From assembly GCA_028280405.1 (NCBI GenBank), contig JANQLW010000022.1, positions 64,212 through 128,211 of the forward strand: a DNA stretch of 64,000 nt, given 5' to 3'. Source of the DNA: Bacteroidales bacterium. GTDB taxonomy: Bacteria > Bacteroidota > Bacteroidia > Bacteroidales > GCA-2711565. The translations under genes were made by a program, and so were the position numbers. This document shows positions 53,725-63,324 of the stretch, piece by piece. A model generated the notes under the pieces. That model made no database searches and was not told the origin of the DNA. It saw nothing but the letters and a program-made list of their open reading frames with translations. Position 1 is the stretch's first letter, and every line of letters starts with the position of its first letter.

Positions 53725-56700
53725 TTAAATGACAATGTTCACAATTTTATTCGAAACCACAATTACCTTGCGTGGAGTTTTTCCTGCAATCCATTTTTGA
53801 GCTTCTTCTGCTTCAAGAACTGCCTTTTCTATGTCATCTTTAGACATATCCACAGGAAGATCAATTTTAAACCTCATTTTCCCATTAAACGAAACAGGAT
53901 ACGAATAATCATTTTCTTTTACATATTCCTCTTTAAATTCAGGGAATTTTGCATAAGTAATGGATTCCTGATTTCCCAGGATTGACCATAATTCTTCTGC
54001 AATATGAGGAGCATAGGAAGAAATCAAAATACAAAAGTCAGATAATACAGAACGCTTATTACACTTTAAATCCTTAAGCTCATTTACACAGATCATAAAG
54101 CTACTCACCGCCGTATTGAATGAGAATCGCTCAATATCATCTTTTACTTTCTTAATCGTTTTATGAAGTGCTTTTAATTCTTCTTTTGTAGGTTCTGCAT
54201 CCGATAAGGCAATATTTCCTTCATCATCAAAATACAACTTCCAAAGTTTCTTAATGAAGCGAAATACACCTTCAATCCCTTTCGTATCCCATGGTTTATG
54301 ATTTTCCAAAGGCCCAAGGAACATCTCATATAAACGCAAGGTATCGGCACCATATTTTTCAATTAAAGCATCCGGATTTTGTATATTGTGTTTCGATTTT
54401 GACATTTTTTCGATTTCATACCCACAACGGTACTTACCATCTTCCAATATAAATTCAGCATCATTGAACTCAGGACGCCAGCTTACAAAGCTTTCAAGGT
54501 TCAGAATATCATTTTCAACTAGATCAATATCCACATGTAATGGTGTTGAAAATAATTTTCTATCTTTTACACCTTTAGACACAAAGATTGGCTTCAAAGG
54601 ACGAATTTCGTGATGATTGAAAATTACTCCTTTATCAGTATTCTCCACCGCTTTTTTAGTTGCTTCCATGATTTCCTCATCCATATCAATAATATCTGCA
54701 ATAGGAAGCAATAATAATTTTTTATCTGTCGATTTTATATATTCTTCATAATAAGATTCCAGTTTTTCCAGTTTAGGCTGACTCTTAATTTCAATGATCA
54801 GATTTACTTCTTCATTGTAGAAATCAAACTTACGATGTCCGTCACGATAATCTCTTATCCATTTCTTTTCATCACCTATTTGTTTGATGTATTCCCATAA
54901 TAAATATTCAGCATACTTTTCATGATTCACACGATATACAAAACTGGAACGCCCCTGGATTTTACCCTGATTAATCAGCTTTTTAAAGGGTTCGTCTTCA
55001 CATGCAATTCCAATATCAAATAAGAATTTATTCCAGAAACGAGAGTAAATCAAGTGGCCTGCAGCATGTTCATCGCCTCCTATATAAAGATCTACATCTT
55101 TCCAATATTCATTGGTTTCTTTTGAAAAATACTCATTATCATTATGAGGATCCATATATCTTAGATAATAAGCACTTGATCCGGCAAAACCAGGCATTGT
55201 ATTCGTTTCCAGAGGGTATCCTTCTTCAGTAGTCCAGTTTTTAGCACGGGCCAATGGCGGTTCTCCGGTTTCAGTAGGCAAATACTTATCAACTTCCGGT
55301 AGCAAAAGAGGAAGCTTATCTTCACTCAACATATATGGAACTCCATCTTTATAATAAACAGGGAATGGTTCTCCCCAATATCTCTGACGACTAAATATAG
55401 CATCACGTAAACGATAATTAATGGTGCCATAACCAATCCCCTGTTCTTCAATTTTAGCAATGGTAGCTCTAATTGCATCTTTCACTTCCATTCCATTAAG
55501 GAAACCGGAATTCATCATTTTACCTTCCTTTGCATCATATGATTCTTCAGAAATATCCCCACCCGAAACAACCTGAATAATTGGTAATCCAAAATGTTTG
55601 GCAAAAGCATAATCCCTGCTATCATGTGCAGGTACAGCCATAATTGCTCCGGATCCATATCCTGCTAATACATAATCAGCCACCCAAATTGGAATTTCCT
55701 TTCCATTCAACGGATTAATACCATAAGCCCCGGTAAAAATTCCACTAATATTTTTTACTTCAGATTGTCTCTCTCTTTCCGAACGGTTTTTGGCCCACTC
55801 AAGGTATTTTTTAACTTCAGCTTTTTGTTCAGGAGTAGTTATCTTCTCAACAATATCAAGTTCAGGTGCAATAACCATATAAGTAGACCCAAACATAGTA
55901 TCTGGCCGAGTAGTAAAAATTTCCAGCTTTTCATCATGGTCCTTAATATTGAAATAGCAGGTAGCACCTTCTGAACGGCCAATCCAGTTTCTTTGTACTT
56001 CTTTTAATGAATCAGACCAATCTATGGTATTTAACCCATCTAATAATCGCTGTGCATAAGCTGTAATTCGAAGCGACCATTGCTTCATTAATTTACGTTC
56101 AACCGGATGCCCTCCTCTTTCAGACAATCCGTCTTTAACTTCATCATTAGCTAAAACAGTTCCTAACTCAGGGCACCAGTTTACCATGGTATCAGAAAGA
56201 TAAGCCAGGCGATAGTTCATTAACAATTCCTGTTGTTCCTTTTCATTTTTAGCTTTCCATTCATCTGCTGTAAATGGCTCATGTTGGTCACAAGCAGCAT
56301 TTATCCTTGCATTACCATTCTTTTCAAACTCAACTGTTAAAAGGTCTATAGATTCAGCCTTTTGAGTATCATTATTATACCATGAATTGAACAATTGAAT
56401 AAAAGTCCATTGGGTCCATTTATAATACTTAGGATCACAGGTTCTTACTTCACGGTCCCAATCAAATGAAAAACCAATTCTATCCAATTGTTCGCGATAA
56501 CGATCAATATTTTTAAAAGTTGTTACTTCAGGATGGGTTCCGGTTTGAATTGCATATTGTTCAGCAGGTAATCCATAAGCATCATACCCCATTGGGTGCA
56601 ACACATTGTATCCACGCTGACGCATATATCTGGCATAAATATCTGAAGCAATATATCCCAGCGGATGACCAACATGCAAGCCTGCTCCCGAAGGGTAAGG

Positions 56701-56817
56701 AAACATATCCAGCACATAAAATTTAGGTTTATTGTGATCAATTTCCGCTTTGAAAGTTTTTTTCTCGCTCCAATACTTTTGCCATTTAGGCTCAATTTCT
56801 AAAAAATTGTAATCCAT
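53725..56817 (-). CDS. leuS: Leucine--tRNA ligase (1030 aa, unusually long)
   Basis: HIGH motif (HVGHPLG), editing-domain block (TTRPDTMFG), KMSKS at residues 804-808 and a typical C-terminal domain. It carries an extra segment of about 125 aa before KMSKS. Confidence 0.95.
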   Translation of the reverse strand: MDYNFLEIEPKWQKYWSEKKTFKAEIDHNKPKFYVLDMFPYPSGAGLHVGHPLGYIASDIYARYMRQRGYNVLHPMGYDAYGLPAEQYAIQTGTHPEVTTFKNIDRYREQLDRIGFSFDWDREVRTCDPKYYKWTQWTFIQLFNSWYNNDTQKAESIDLLTVEFEKNGNARINAACDQHEPFTADEWKAKNEKEQQELLMNYRLAYLSDTMVNWCPELGTVLANDEVKDGLSERGGHPVERKLMKQWSLRITAYAQRLLDGLNTIDWSDSLKEVQRNWIGRSEGATCYFNIKDHDEKLEIFTTRPDTMFGSTYMVIAPELDIVEKITTPEQKAEVKKYLEWAKNRSERERQSEVKNISGIFTGAYGINPLNGKEIPIWVADYVLAGYGSGAIMAVPAHDSRDYAFAKHFGLPIIQVVSGGDISEESYDAKEGKMMNSGFLNGMEVKDAIRATIAKIEEQGIGYGTINYRLRDAIFSRQRYWGEPFPVYYKDGVPYMLSEDKLPLLLPEVDKYLPTETGEPPLARAKNWTTEEGYPLETNTMPGFAGSSAYYLRYMDPHNDNEYFSKETNEYWKDVDLYIGGDEHAAGHLIYSRFWNKFLFDIGIACEDEPFKKLINQGKIQGRSSFVYRVNHEKYAEYLLWEYIKQIGDEKKWIRDYRDGHRKFDFYNEEVNLIIEIKSQPKLEKLESYYEEYIKSTDKKLLLLPIADIIDMDEEIMEATKKAVENTDKGVIFNHHEIRPLKPIFVSKGVKDRKLFSTPLHVDIDLVENDILNLESFVSWRPEFNDAEFILEDGKYRCGYEIEKMSKSKHNIQNPDALIEKYGADTLRLYEMFLGPLENHKPWDTKGIEGVFRFIKKLWKLYFDDEGNIALSDAEPTKEELKALHKTIKKVKDDIERFSFNTAVSSFMICVNELKDLKCNKRSVLSDFCILISSYAPHIAEELWSILGNQESITYAKFPEFKEEYVKENDYSYPVSFNGKMRFKIDLPVDMSKDDIEKAVLEAEEAQKWIAGKTPRKVIVVSNKIVNIVI

Positions 56818-56911
56818 CCTGATTTAATGATTTATTTATCAAAATAATATGAAATTTTACTTTAGCTCGCGAAGTTAGGAAAAATACAGGTTTAATTGAA
56901 CAAAAATATAA

Positions 56912-57021
56912 GTTATGCAGTTATGCGATCCCGAAGCTTCAGGATACAGTTGTGCAGTTGAGTGTTACGGGTTTCTGATTGCGAGTTTTGAACCCACAAC
57001 TTGCAACCCGCAACCCGTAAC
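56912..57021. repeat. Short-period word repeats and hairpin in the leuS/ftsX divergent spacer
   Basis: gttatgca/gttatgcg tandem (56912-56927); near-palindrome atcccgaagcttcaggat; gttacgggtt (56964-56973) pairs with aacccgtaac (57012-57021); gcaaccc x2 tandem (57003-57016). Confidence 0.7.
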
Positions 57022-57030
57022 ATTATTTCC

Positions 57031-57061
57031 TTTGACTTCTTTCACTTTTTAATTAATTTAG
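57031..57061 (+). promoter_or_regulatory. Candidate Bacteroidota promoter for ftsX (TTTG-N19-TAATTTAG)
   Basis: TTTG at 57031-57034 and TAATTTAG at 57054-57061 (one mismatch to TAnnTTTG), 18 nt before the ATG. Confidence 0.35.
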
Positions 57062-57079
57062 CTTCATACAAGTCCTATC

Positions 57080-57958
57080 ATGTCACGTAAAGAAGATAAA
57101 TACAATAAACGCCGATTAAGATCATCCTATTTGACCACTATGGTAAGCATAACTTTAGTGCTTTTGATGCTGGGAGTGCTGGGGCTCATCATACTTCATG
57201 CCCAGAAATTGTCTGATCATGTAAAAGAAAATATAGCGGTCAGAATAATGATGAAAGAAGATGCCCGGGAAGCAGAGATCATACAATTGCAAAAAGTACT
57301 GGATGCGAGTGCATATGTAAAATCTACAGAATATATTACTCAGGAAATGGCAGCTAAAGAAATGAAGGAAGGTCTGGGAGAAGATTTTGTTAGTTTTTTA
57401 GGATACAATCCCCTTCCACCTTCTATCGATCTTCATTTGAAAGCTGATTATGCCAATATCAAAAGCATCGAAAGTATCGAAAAAGAATTATTGGCTAATC
57501 CGGGCGTTAAAGAAATCTTCTATCAGAAACCTTTGGTACAGGCAATCAATAAAAACCTCAGAAGGATTAGCTTGGTGCTATTGGGATTTAGTGGTCTATT
57601 ATTGATTATTGCTGTCGCACTTATAAACAATACAATACGTCTTTCTGTTTATTCCAAACGGTTTTTAATCCGAAGCATGCAATTAGTTGGAGCAACCCGT
57701 GGTTTTATTCGGAGGCCATTTATTTATAAAGGGATTTTTCAGGGTATATACAGTGCTTTTCTAGCTATTTTAATACTAGTAGGTATCATCTATGTATCAG
57801 TGAAAGAGCTACCTGAATTATTAGAACTACAAGATATAAACTTATTTATCATACTCTTTAGTTCTATTATATTATGCGGCATTCTTATATCATGGCTGTC
57901 TACTTTTTTTGCAATTCACAAGTATTTAAGGATGCGTACTGATGACTTATATTTTTAA
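57080..57958 (+). CDS. ftsX: Cell division protein FtsX (permease-like)
   Basis: 292 aa with an N-terminal TM segment, a periplasmic domain and three C-terminal TM segments. Characteristic block IRLSVYSKRFLIRSMQLVGATRGFIRRPF. Confidence 0.85.
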   Translation: MSRKEDKYNKRRLRSSYLTTMVSITLVLLMLGVLGLIILHAQKLSDHVKENIAVRIMMKEDAREAEIIQLQKVLDASAYVKSTEYITQEMAAKEMKEGLGEDFVSFLGYNPLPPSIDLHLKADYANIKSIESIEKELLANPGVKEIFYQKPLVQAINKNLRRISLVLLGFSGLLLIIAVALINNTIRLSVYSKRFLIRSMQLVGATRGFIRRPFIYKGIFQGIYSAFLAILILVGIIYVSVKELPELLELQDINLFIILFSSIILCGILISWLSTFFAIHKYLRMRTDDLYF

Positions 57959-58018
57959 ATTTTTAAGAATTTCATATCAAAAAAGAACTTAATTTTGAAG
58001 TTCAAAAATCAGAAGGTT

Positions 58019-58297
58019 ATGTCAACTAAAGCAAAAAAGCAAAAAAGCAAAAAAAGCGATAAGCCAAATGAAGAATTAATCACTTTTGCTTTTACGAAAC
58101 AGAATTACCGTTTAGTCATTATAGGTATTATTGTAATTACTGTTGGATTCTTACTAATGATAGGTGGTGGTTCAGATGACCCGAATGTTTTTAGTGACAA
58201 AATTTTCAATTTTCAACGTATGACTTTAGCTCCTATTCTTATCATTGCCGGTTATATCATTGAAATTTATGCAATCATGAAACGGCCTAAACAATAG
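58019..58297 (+). CDS. Small two-TM membrane protein (DUF3098-like)
   Basis: The ATG at 58019 gives 92 aa with a Lys-rich N-terminus and two TM helices. This family commonly follows ftsX in Bacteroidota (from memory). Confidence 0.6.
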   Translation: MSTKAKKQKSKKSDKPNEELITFAFTKQNYRLVIIGIIVITVGFLLMIGGGSDDPNVFSDKIFNFQRMTLAPILIIAGYIIEIYAIMKRPKQ

Positions 58298-58321
58298 GTT
58301 CTTTTTATTCAAATATTTATT

Positions 58322-59104
58322 ATGGATTGGTTAGAAGCCTTAATATTGGGAATTGTACAAGGCTTAACGGAGTTTTTACCGGTAAGTAGCAGTGGACATT
58401 TAGAATTAGGAAAAGTAATACTGGGAGTGGATGCAAAAAAGAGTTTAATCTTTACTGTAGTAGTTCATGGAGCTACAGTATTGAGTACTTTAGTTGTTTT
58501 TTATAAAGATATCTGGCAATTACTGAAAGGCTTATTTCAATTCAAATGGAATGAAGAAACAGCTTATACTTTTAAGATAATAGTCTCGATGATTCCAGTT
58601 ATTATTTTAGGATTATTCTTTACCGAAGAAATCGAACAATTTTTTACTGGCAATACCATCTTTGTAGGATCAATGTTAATTGTTACGTCTTTGTTGTTGG
58701 CATTTACTTATTTTTCTAAATCCAATAAAAGGAATATCCGGTTTCTGGATGCATTAATTATAGGTATTGCTCAGGCTGCTGCAGTCTTGCCAGGAATTTC
58801 ACGTTCCGGATCAACCATAGCTACCGGAATTCTTATAGGAAACAAAAAAGAGATTATTGCCAAATTTTCATTCTTAATGGTATTAATTCCAATTATTGGA
58901 GCAAATGTAAAAGATCTCTTTGACTCGAACCTTTCTCAAGAAAGCAACATCGGAGCGATTCCATTGTTAGTTGGTTTTATAGCAGCATTTGTTTCCGGAA
59001 CACTTGCATGTAAGTGGATGATTAAAATTGTGAGCCGAGGTAAGTTAATTTATTTTGCGATATATTGTTTTATTATTGGATTGGTAGCCATATTTTTAGT
59101 TTAA
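58322..59104 (+). CDS. uppP: Undecaprenyl-diphosphate phosphatase
   Basis: 260 aa, polytopic. Signature blocks GIVQGLTEFLPVSSSGHL and PGISRSGSTI. Confidence 0.92.
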   Translation: MDWLEALILGIVQGLTEFLPVSSSGHLELGKVILGVDAKKSLIFTVVVHGATVLSTLVVFYKDIWQLLKGLFQFKWNEETAYTFKIIVSMIPVIILGLFFTEEIEQFFTGNTIFVGSMLIVTSLLLAFTYFSKSNKRNIRFLDALIIGIAQAAAVLPGISRSGSTIATGILIGNKKEIIAKFSFLMVLIPIIGANVKDLFDSNLSQESNIGAIPLLVGFIAAFVSGTLACKWMIKIVSRGKLIYFAIYCFIIGLVAIFLV

Positions 59105-59107
59105 ATT

Positions 59108-59153
59108 GCTATTAGCTATTCGCTTTTGGCTATTAGAGGAAATAGCTAAGAGC
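59108..59153. repeat. Word-repeat / imperfect hairpin spacer built from GCTATTAG
   Basis: gctattag occurs at 59108-59115 and 59129-59136. gctattagctatt (59108-59120) is roughly complementary to aatagctaagagc (59141-59153). It lies between uppP and truB. Confidence 0.6.
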
Positions 59154-59180
59154 TAACAGTTAACGGCCAATAGTGTAAAC

Positions 59181-59891
59181 ATGATTAATAACACCACAAA
59201 TAAAAATACTTACAATTTTCAAAAGGGTGAAGTTTTGCTATTCAACAAACCATATACCTGGTCATCTTTCAATGTGGTAAATAAAATCAGATATGCAATT
59301 CGGAAACATACCGGATTAAAACGCATAAAAGTTGGGCATGCCGGAACTCTCGACCCCTTGGCCACCGGGCTTTTAATAATTTGTACCGGAAAATTCACAA
59401 AAAGGATAGAAGAATTTCAGGAGCTTGAAAAAGAATATACCGGAACCATGATTTTAGGCAAAACCACTCCATCCTTTGATCTGGAAACTGAAATCGATCA
59501 GGAATATCCAACTGAACATATTACTGAGAATTTAATTGAAGAAACAGCCAAAAAGTTTATTGGCACCCAGAAACAAACGCCTCCTGTATTTTCTGCCATC
59601 AAAATAGATGGGAAGAGAGCCTACAAATATGCGCGTGATAATGAAGAAGTAAAAATCAAAGCTAAAACGATTAATATTTCCAAATTTGAAATTACCAAAG
59701 TCAACTTTCCTGAAATTGAATTCAGAGTAGTATGCAGTAAAGGTACTTATATTCGTTCTCTGGCAAATGATTTTGGCAAGGCAATAAACAGTGGAGCTCA
59801 CCTTAGCGTTTTATGCAGAACCCGTATTGGAGAATTCCAGTTGAAAGATGCTTTGGACCCTGAAAAATTCGACGATTTTATCAATTCGTGA
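59181..59891 (+). CDS. truB: tRNA pseudouridine(55) synthase
   Basis: 236 aa. Catalytic block VGHAGTLDPLATGLLIICTG and IDGKRAYKYAR. Confidence 0.92.
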   Translation: MINNTTNKNTYNFQKGEVLLFNKPYTWSSFNVVNKIRYAIRKHTGLKRIKVGHAGTLDPLATGLLIICTGKFTKRIEEFQELEKEYTGTMILGKTTPSFDLETEIDQEYPTEHITENLIEETAKKFIGTQKQTPPVFSAIKIDGKRAYKYARDNEEVKIKAKTINISKFEITKVNFPEIEFRVVCSKGTYIRSLANDFGKAINSGAHLSVLCRTRIGEFQLKDALDPEKFDDFINS

Positions 59892-59951
59892 AAAAAGCTC
59901 CGTTTCCTTGACAAACGGTCTCTCATTTATTATTTTAGCGCTCGTGAATTT

Positions 59952-59982
59952 TTTGAACTTACCTCGAAAAACACTAATTTTG
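59952..59982 (+). promoter_or_regulatory. Candidate Bacteroidota promoter for queA (TTTG-N19-TAATTTTG)
   Basis: TTTG at 59952-59955 and an exact TAnnTTTG at 59975-59982, 28 nt before the ATG. Confidence 0.45.
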
Positions 59983-60010
59983 CGGCCATTTTAAAAAACT
60001 TGATATAAGA

Positions 60011-61060
60011 ATGAAATTATCTCAATTTAGATTTAACCTTCCACCGGAACTAGTTGCAAATCATCCTCAAGAAAACAGGGATGAATCAAAGCTTATGGTT
60101 TTGAACAGGAAGGAACAAACTATAGAACACAAAACTTTTAAAGATATTTTAGGATATTTTGATGACGGAGATGTATTTGTAATCAACAATACAAAGGTAT
60201 TTCCTGCTCGTTTGTATGGTGAAAAAGAAAAGACGGGAGCTAAAATCGAAGTATTTTTATTAAGAGAGCTGAACAGGGAAAGCAGGTTATGGGATGTATT
60301 GGTTGATCCGGCTCGTAAAATCCGAATAGGGAATAAACTTTATTTTGGAGATGATGACTCATTAGTTGCCGAAGTAATCGATAATACAACCTCCAGAGGC
60401 AGAACCTTACGTTTCTTATTTGACGGATCTTATGATGAATTTAAGAAAACTATTTATGGTTTAGGAAAAACTCCTCTTCCAAAAATTCATAAAAGAGATA
60501 CTATACCGGAAGATGAAGAACGTTATCAAACCATTTATGCTAAGCATGAAGGAGCTGTTGCCGCTCCGACAGCAGGATTGCATTTTAGTCGTGAATTAAT
60601 GAAACGCATGGAGCTTAAAGGTGTAACTTTCGCAGAAATTACACTTCATGCCGGTTTAGGTAATTTCCGTACCATTGAAGTAGAAGACCTGACCAAACAT
60701 AAAATGGATTCTGAAGAAGTTGTGATCAGCGACGAATGCACTAAAATAGTCAACACTGCTAAAGACTTTAAGAAAAGAGTTTGTGCTGTAGGTACCACTT
60801 CCATGAAAGCCATGGAAACCAGTGTTTCTATTGCAGGAAAGGTAAAACCTTTTAACGGATGGACTAATAAATTCATTTTCCCTCCATACGATTTTAGCGT
60901 AGCGAATTGTATGGTAAGTAATTTACATTTACCTCAATCATCGATGATGATGATGGTATCTGCTTTTGCAGGATATGATTTTCTAATGCAAGCCTATAAA
61001 GAAGCTGTAGAAAAAGAATACAAGTTTTTTACTTATGGCGATGCTATGTTGATATTATAA
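60011..61060 (+). CDS. queA: S-adenosylmethionine:tRNA ribosyltransferase-isomerase
   Basis: 349 aa. N-terminus [19 protein letters not shown], plus [19 protein letters not shown] and the LHLPQSS block. Confidence 0.92.
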   Translation: MKLSQFRFNLPPELVANHPQENRDESKLMVLNRKEQTIEHKTFKDILGYFDDGDVFVINNTKVFPARLYGEKEKTGAKIEVFLLRELNRESRLWDVLVDPARKIRIGNKLYFGDDDSLVAEVIDNTTSRGRTLRFLFDGSYDEFKKTIYGLGKTPLPKIHKRDTIPEDEERYQTIYAKHEGAVAAPTAGLHFSRELMKRMELKGVTFAEITLHAGLGNFRTIEVEDLTKHKMDSEEVVISDECTKIVNTAKDFKKRVCAVGTTSMKAMETSVSIAGKVKPFNGWTNKFIFPPYDFSVANCMVSNLHLPQSSMMMMVSAFAGYDFLMQAYKEAVEKEYKFFTYGDAMLIL

Positions 61061-61068
61061 AGTTTTGT

Positions 61069-61135
61069 GGTTATGCAGTTCATTAGCTACAAACTGCATA
61101 ACCGCATAACCGCATAACCGCATAACCGCATAACC
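61069..61135 (+). repeat. 12-bp hairpin followed by the 8-bp tandem repeat GCATAACC x5, ending 3 nt before the ispD start
   Basis: ggttatgcagtt (61069-61080) pairs with aactgcataacc (61092-61103). gcataacc repeats head-to-tail five times (61096-61135). Confidence 0.9.
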
Positions 61136-61138
61136 AAA

Positions 61139-61804
61139 ATGAAACAATCCGTTATCATCGTTGCCGGTGGCTCAGGTAGCCGGATGAATACAGAAATTCC
61201 CAAACAATTTCTGTTACTTAATGATAGACCTGTATTGTTTTATAGCCTTGAAGCCTTTTACAATTATAATCCGGATATTCAAATCCTATTAGTTCTCCCT
61301 CATATTCATATTGATTTTTGGAAATCACTTTGTAAAAAGTTTGATCTTAAGATTAAGCATGAAATTATTGAAGGAGGCAATACACGTTTTGTTTCGGTTA
61401 AAAATGGATTATCAGCAATAGAAGATGACTGTTTTGTTGCAGTTCATGATGGAGCGAGACCATTGATTACAGCAGATACTATTCATCATCTATTTGAAGA
61501 AGCAAAGAAGTATGGTAATGTAATTCCTGTAGTTGATATAAATGAATCCATTCGAGAAATATCTATTGATGGTAATAAAATAGCTGATCGATCTAAATTT
61601 AAATTGGTCCAAACTCCTCAAATATTCAAATCAGAAGATTTACATGCTGCCTATAAGCAGGAATATAAAACAGAATTTACTGATGATGCCAGTGTTGTGG
61701 AAACCTTAGGTATAAAAATACATTTAGCAGAAGGACAAGCAAACAATCTTAAAATCACCCAACCGTCTGACTTAAAAATTGCAGAAGCATTTCTTAAATT
61801 ATGA
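61139..61804 (+). CDS. ispD: 2-C-methyl-D-erythritol 4-phosphate cytidylyltransferase
   Basis: 221 aa. N-terminus IIVAGGSGSRM...PKQF, plus VHDGARP and VQTPQ. Confidence 0.9.
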   Translation: MKQSVIIVAGGSGSRMNTEIPKQFLLLNDRPVLFYSLEAFYNYNPDIQILLVLPHIHIDFWKSLCKKFDLKIKHEIIEGGNTRFVSVKNGLSAIEDDCFVAVHDGARPLITADTIHHLFEEAKKYGNVIPVVDINESIREISIDGNKIADRSKFKLVQTPQIFKSEDLHAAYKQEYKTEFTDDASVVETLGIKIHLAEGQANNLKITQPSDLKIAEAFLKL

Positions 61805-61825
61805 TTTCTGATTAATCGAACAATG

Positions 61826-62196
61826 TTCAACCCCTCTGGGGTTGTGGTTTCATAGTATTCATTTGGGTATTAAAGTTAATCTCCTTCGGAGATTCAACAA
61901 GTCATATAATTAACGATCTTCACTATCGCCAAAGGCGATAAACAAAATACCCCCTGCCTAAGATATTTATGGCCAAGCCTGAAGGGCTTGAACCAACATA
62001 AGAAGAAACTTCAACCCCTCTGGGGTTGGGGTTTCAAGCTATTGTTCATTGGATTATTATGATTCATCTCCTTCTCAGATTCAATAAGTCGTATAATTAA
62101 TGGCTTTCATTATCGCCAAAGGCGATAAACAGAAATAACCCAAAACCAGGATATATATGACCAAGCCCGAAGGGCTTGAACTAACAGAAGAAAAAA
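61826..62196. repeat. Two tandem ~184-bp units, each carrying four 17-nt mini-hairpins (7-bp stem, 3-nt loop)
   Basis: Unit 1 is 61826-62009 and unit 2 is 62010-62196. Hairpins are caacccc-tct-ggggttg, aatctcc-ttc-ggagatt, tatcgcc-aaa-ggcgata and caagcc(t/c)-gaa-gggcttg. The array fills the whole convergent spacer between ispD and the GT2 gene. Confidence 0.9.
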
Positions 62197-63324
62197 CTAT
62201 AATTTTCTCCCTTTCCAGGTATTTCTTGTAAAGAAAGCCAGAATAGCCACAAGTGTAGTATAAAATGGATAAAATATTTGTACCGGTAAATAATACCACA
62301 TCAACGATTTCTTATTAAAGAATAAACAACCCGAAGACAATAAAGCAAAATCAGCCAGAATTTTTACTCCTAAACCTAAGATTCCATATCCTAATATGCT
62401 ATGGTTAAAAATACTTGCAATTACCAGAATACTAATAAGCAAATTATACAAGATAATAACAATGCCTGTAAAAATTGTCAGCTCGTCCTTATATGATTTA
62501 CTTTTAGATGCCCATCTTTTTCTTTGTCTTAATAATTCCCCGATACTACCGGCACTTTCCGTTGAAACAATAGCCAACTTATCTTTAAGAAAACATATAG
62601 CTTTGCTGCCAAAGTTTTTCTTTATTTTATGCAATAAAAAAACGTCATCTCCGGAAGCAATGTTTTTATTTCCAACAAATCCACTAACTTTTTCGAAAGC
62701 AGATTTCCTGAATGCCAGATTTGCTCCATTACACATTACAGGGCTTCCAATTCCTATTGCACCTGCTCCGGAAGTAATTAAACTAAGAAATTCAATGGAT
62801 TGAAATGCCTGAAAAAAAGATTTGCTATTTGAATAAGCAACCGGGCCCGAAACAAATAGAACTTGTTGTTCAGCAAACCTTTTTAATAATTTTTGTACCC
62901 ATAAGTTTCCAAGTCTGCAATCAGCATCAGTACAGATTATAACTTCTGAACTCGAAAATAAAATCGCCTGCTGAATGGCAGATTTCTTTCCATGATTACT
63001 TGCGTGCAACAACTTAATATTCATCTCAGGATGATCAAATATAAAATTATTCACAATTCTTGAAGACTGATCTTCCGAGTGATCATCTACTATAATTATA
63101 TTAAAATTTTTATATGATTGATTTTTTAAATCCTGAAGAAGATTATAAATATTTTCTTCTTCATTCCGCATAGCTACTATTACACTTGAGGAAATATCTG
63201 GAATTTCATAAAAATTATGGTTCCGTAGTCGAAACCAACCAATAGTAAACAGGGATATCAGGATAAAGTAAAGCCCTCCTAAAATGAGTAGCAACAAAAA
63301 ATATATGTTTATTTCATCAAGCAT
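62197..63324 (-). CDS. Family 2 glycosyltransferase with flanking TM helices
   Basis: 375 aa. GT2 motifs IIIVDDHSED and ICTDADC, a later QRKRW-type motif (LRQRKRWASK), and N- and C-terminal TM segments. Confidence 0.8.
   Translation of the reverse strand: MLDEINIYFLLLLILGGLYFILISLFTIGWFRLRNHNFYEIPDISSSVIVAMRNEEENIYNLLQDLKNQSYKNFNIIIVDDHSEDQSSRIVNNFIFDHPEMNIKLLHASNHGKKSAIQQAILFSSSEVIICTDADCRLGNLWVQKLLKRFAEQQVLFVSGPVAYSNSKSFFQAFQSIEFLSLITSGAGAIGIGSPVMCNGANLAFRKSAFEKVSGFVGNKNIASGDDVFLLHKIKKNFGSKAICFLKDKLAIVSTESAGSIGELLRQRKRWASKSKSYKDELTIFTGIVIILYNLLISILVIASIFNHSILGYGILGLGVKILADFALLSSGCLFFNKKSLMWYYLPVQIFYPFYTTLVAILAFFTRNTWKGRKL

Noticed and set aside
58025-58065. gcaaaaaa-type repeat at the start of the small membrane protein gene
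   Set aside because: It simply encodes a Lys-rich N-terminus (KAKKQKSKKSDK), so it is low-complexity coding sequence rather than a structural repeat.
61826-62196. Possible CRISPR array, because of regularly spaced hairpin-forming repeats
   Set aside because: The four hairpins in a unit have different sequences, the inter-hairpin segments are conserved between the two units, and no cas genes are present. It is a tandem duplication, not repeat-spacer architecture.
62081-62299. 72-aa minus-strand ORF spanning the repeat array and the GT2 gene end
   Set aside because: It overlaps the GT2 C-terminus out of frame and reads through the hairpin repeats. No support as a gene.
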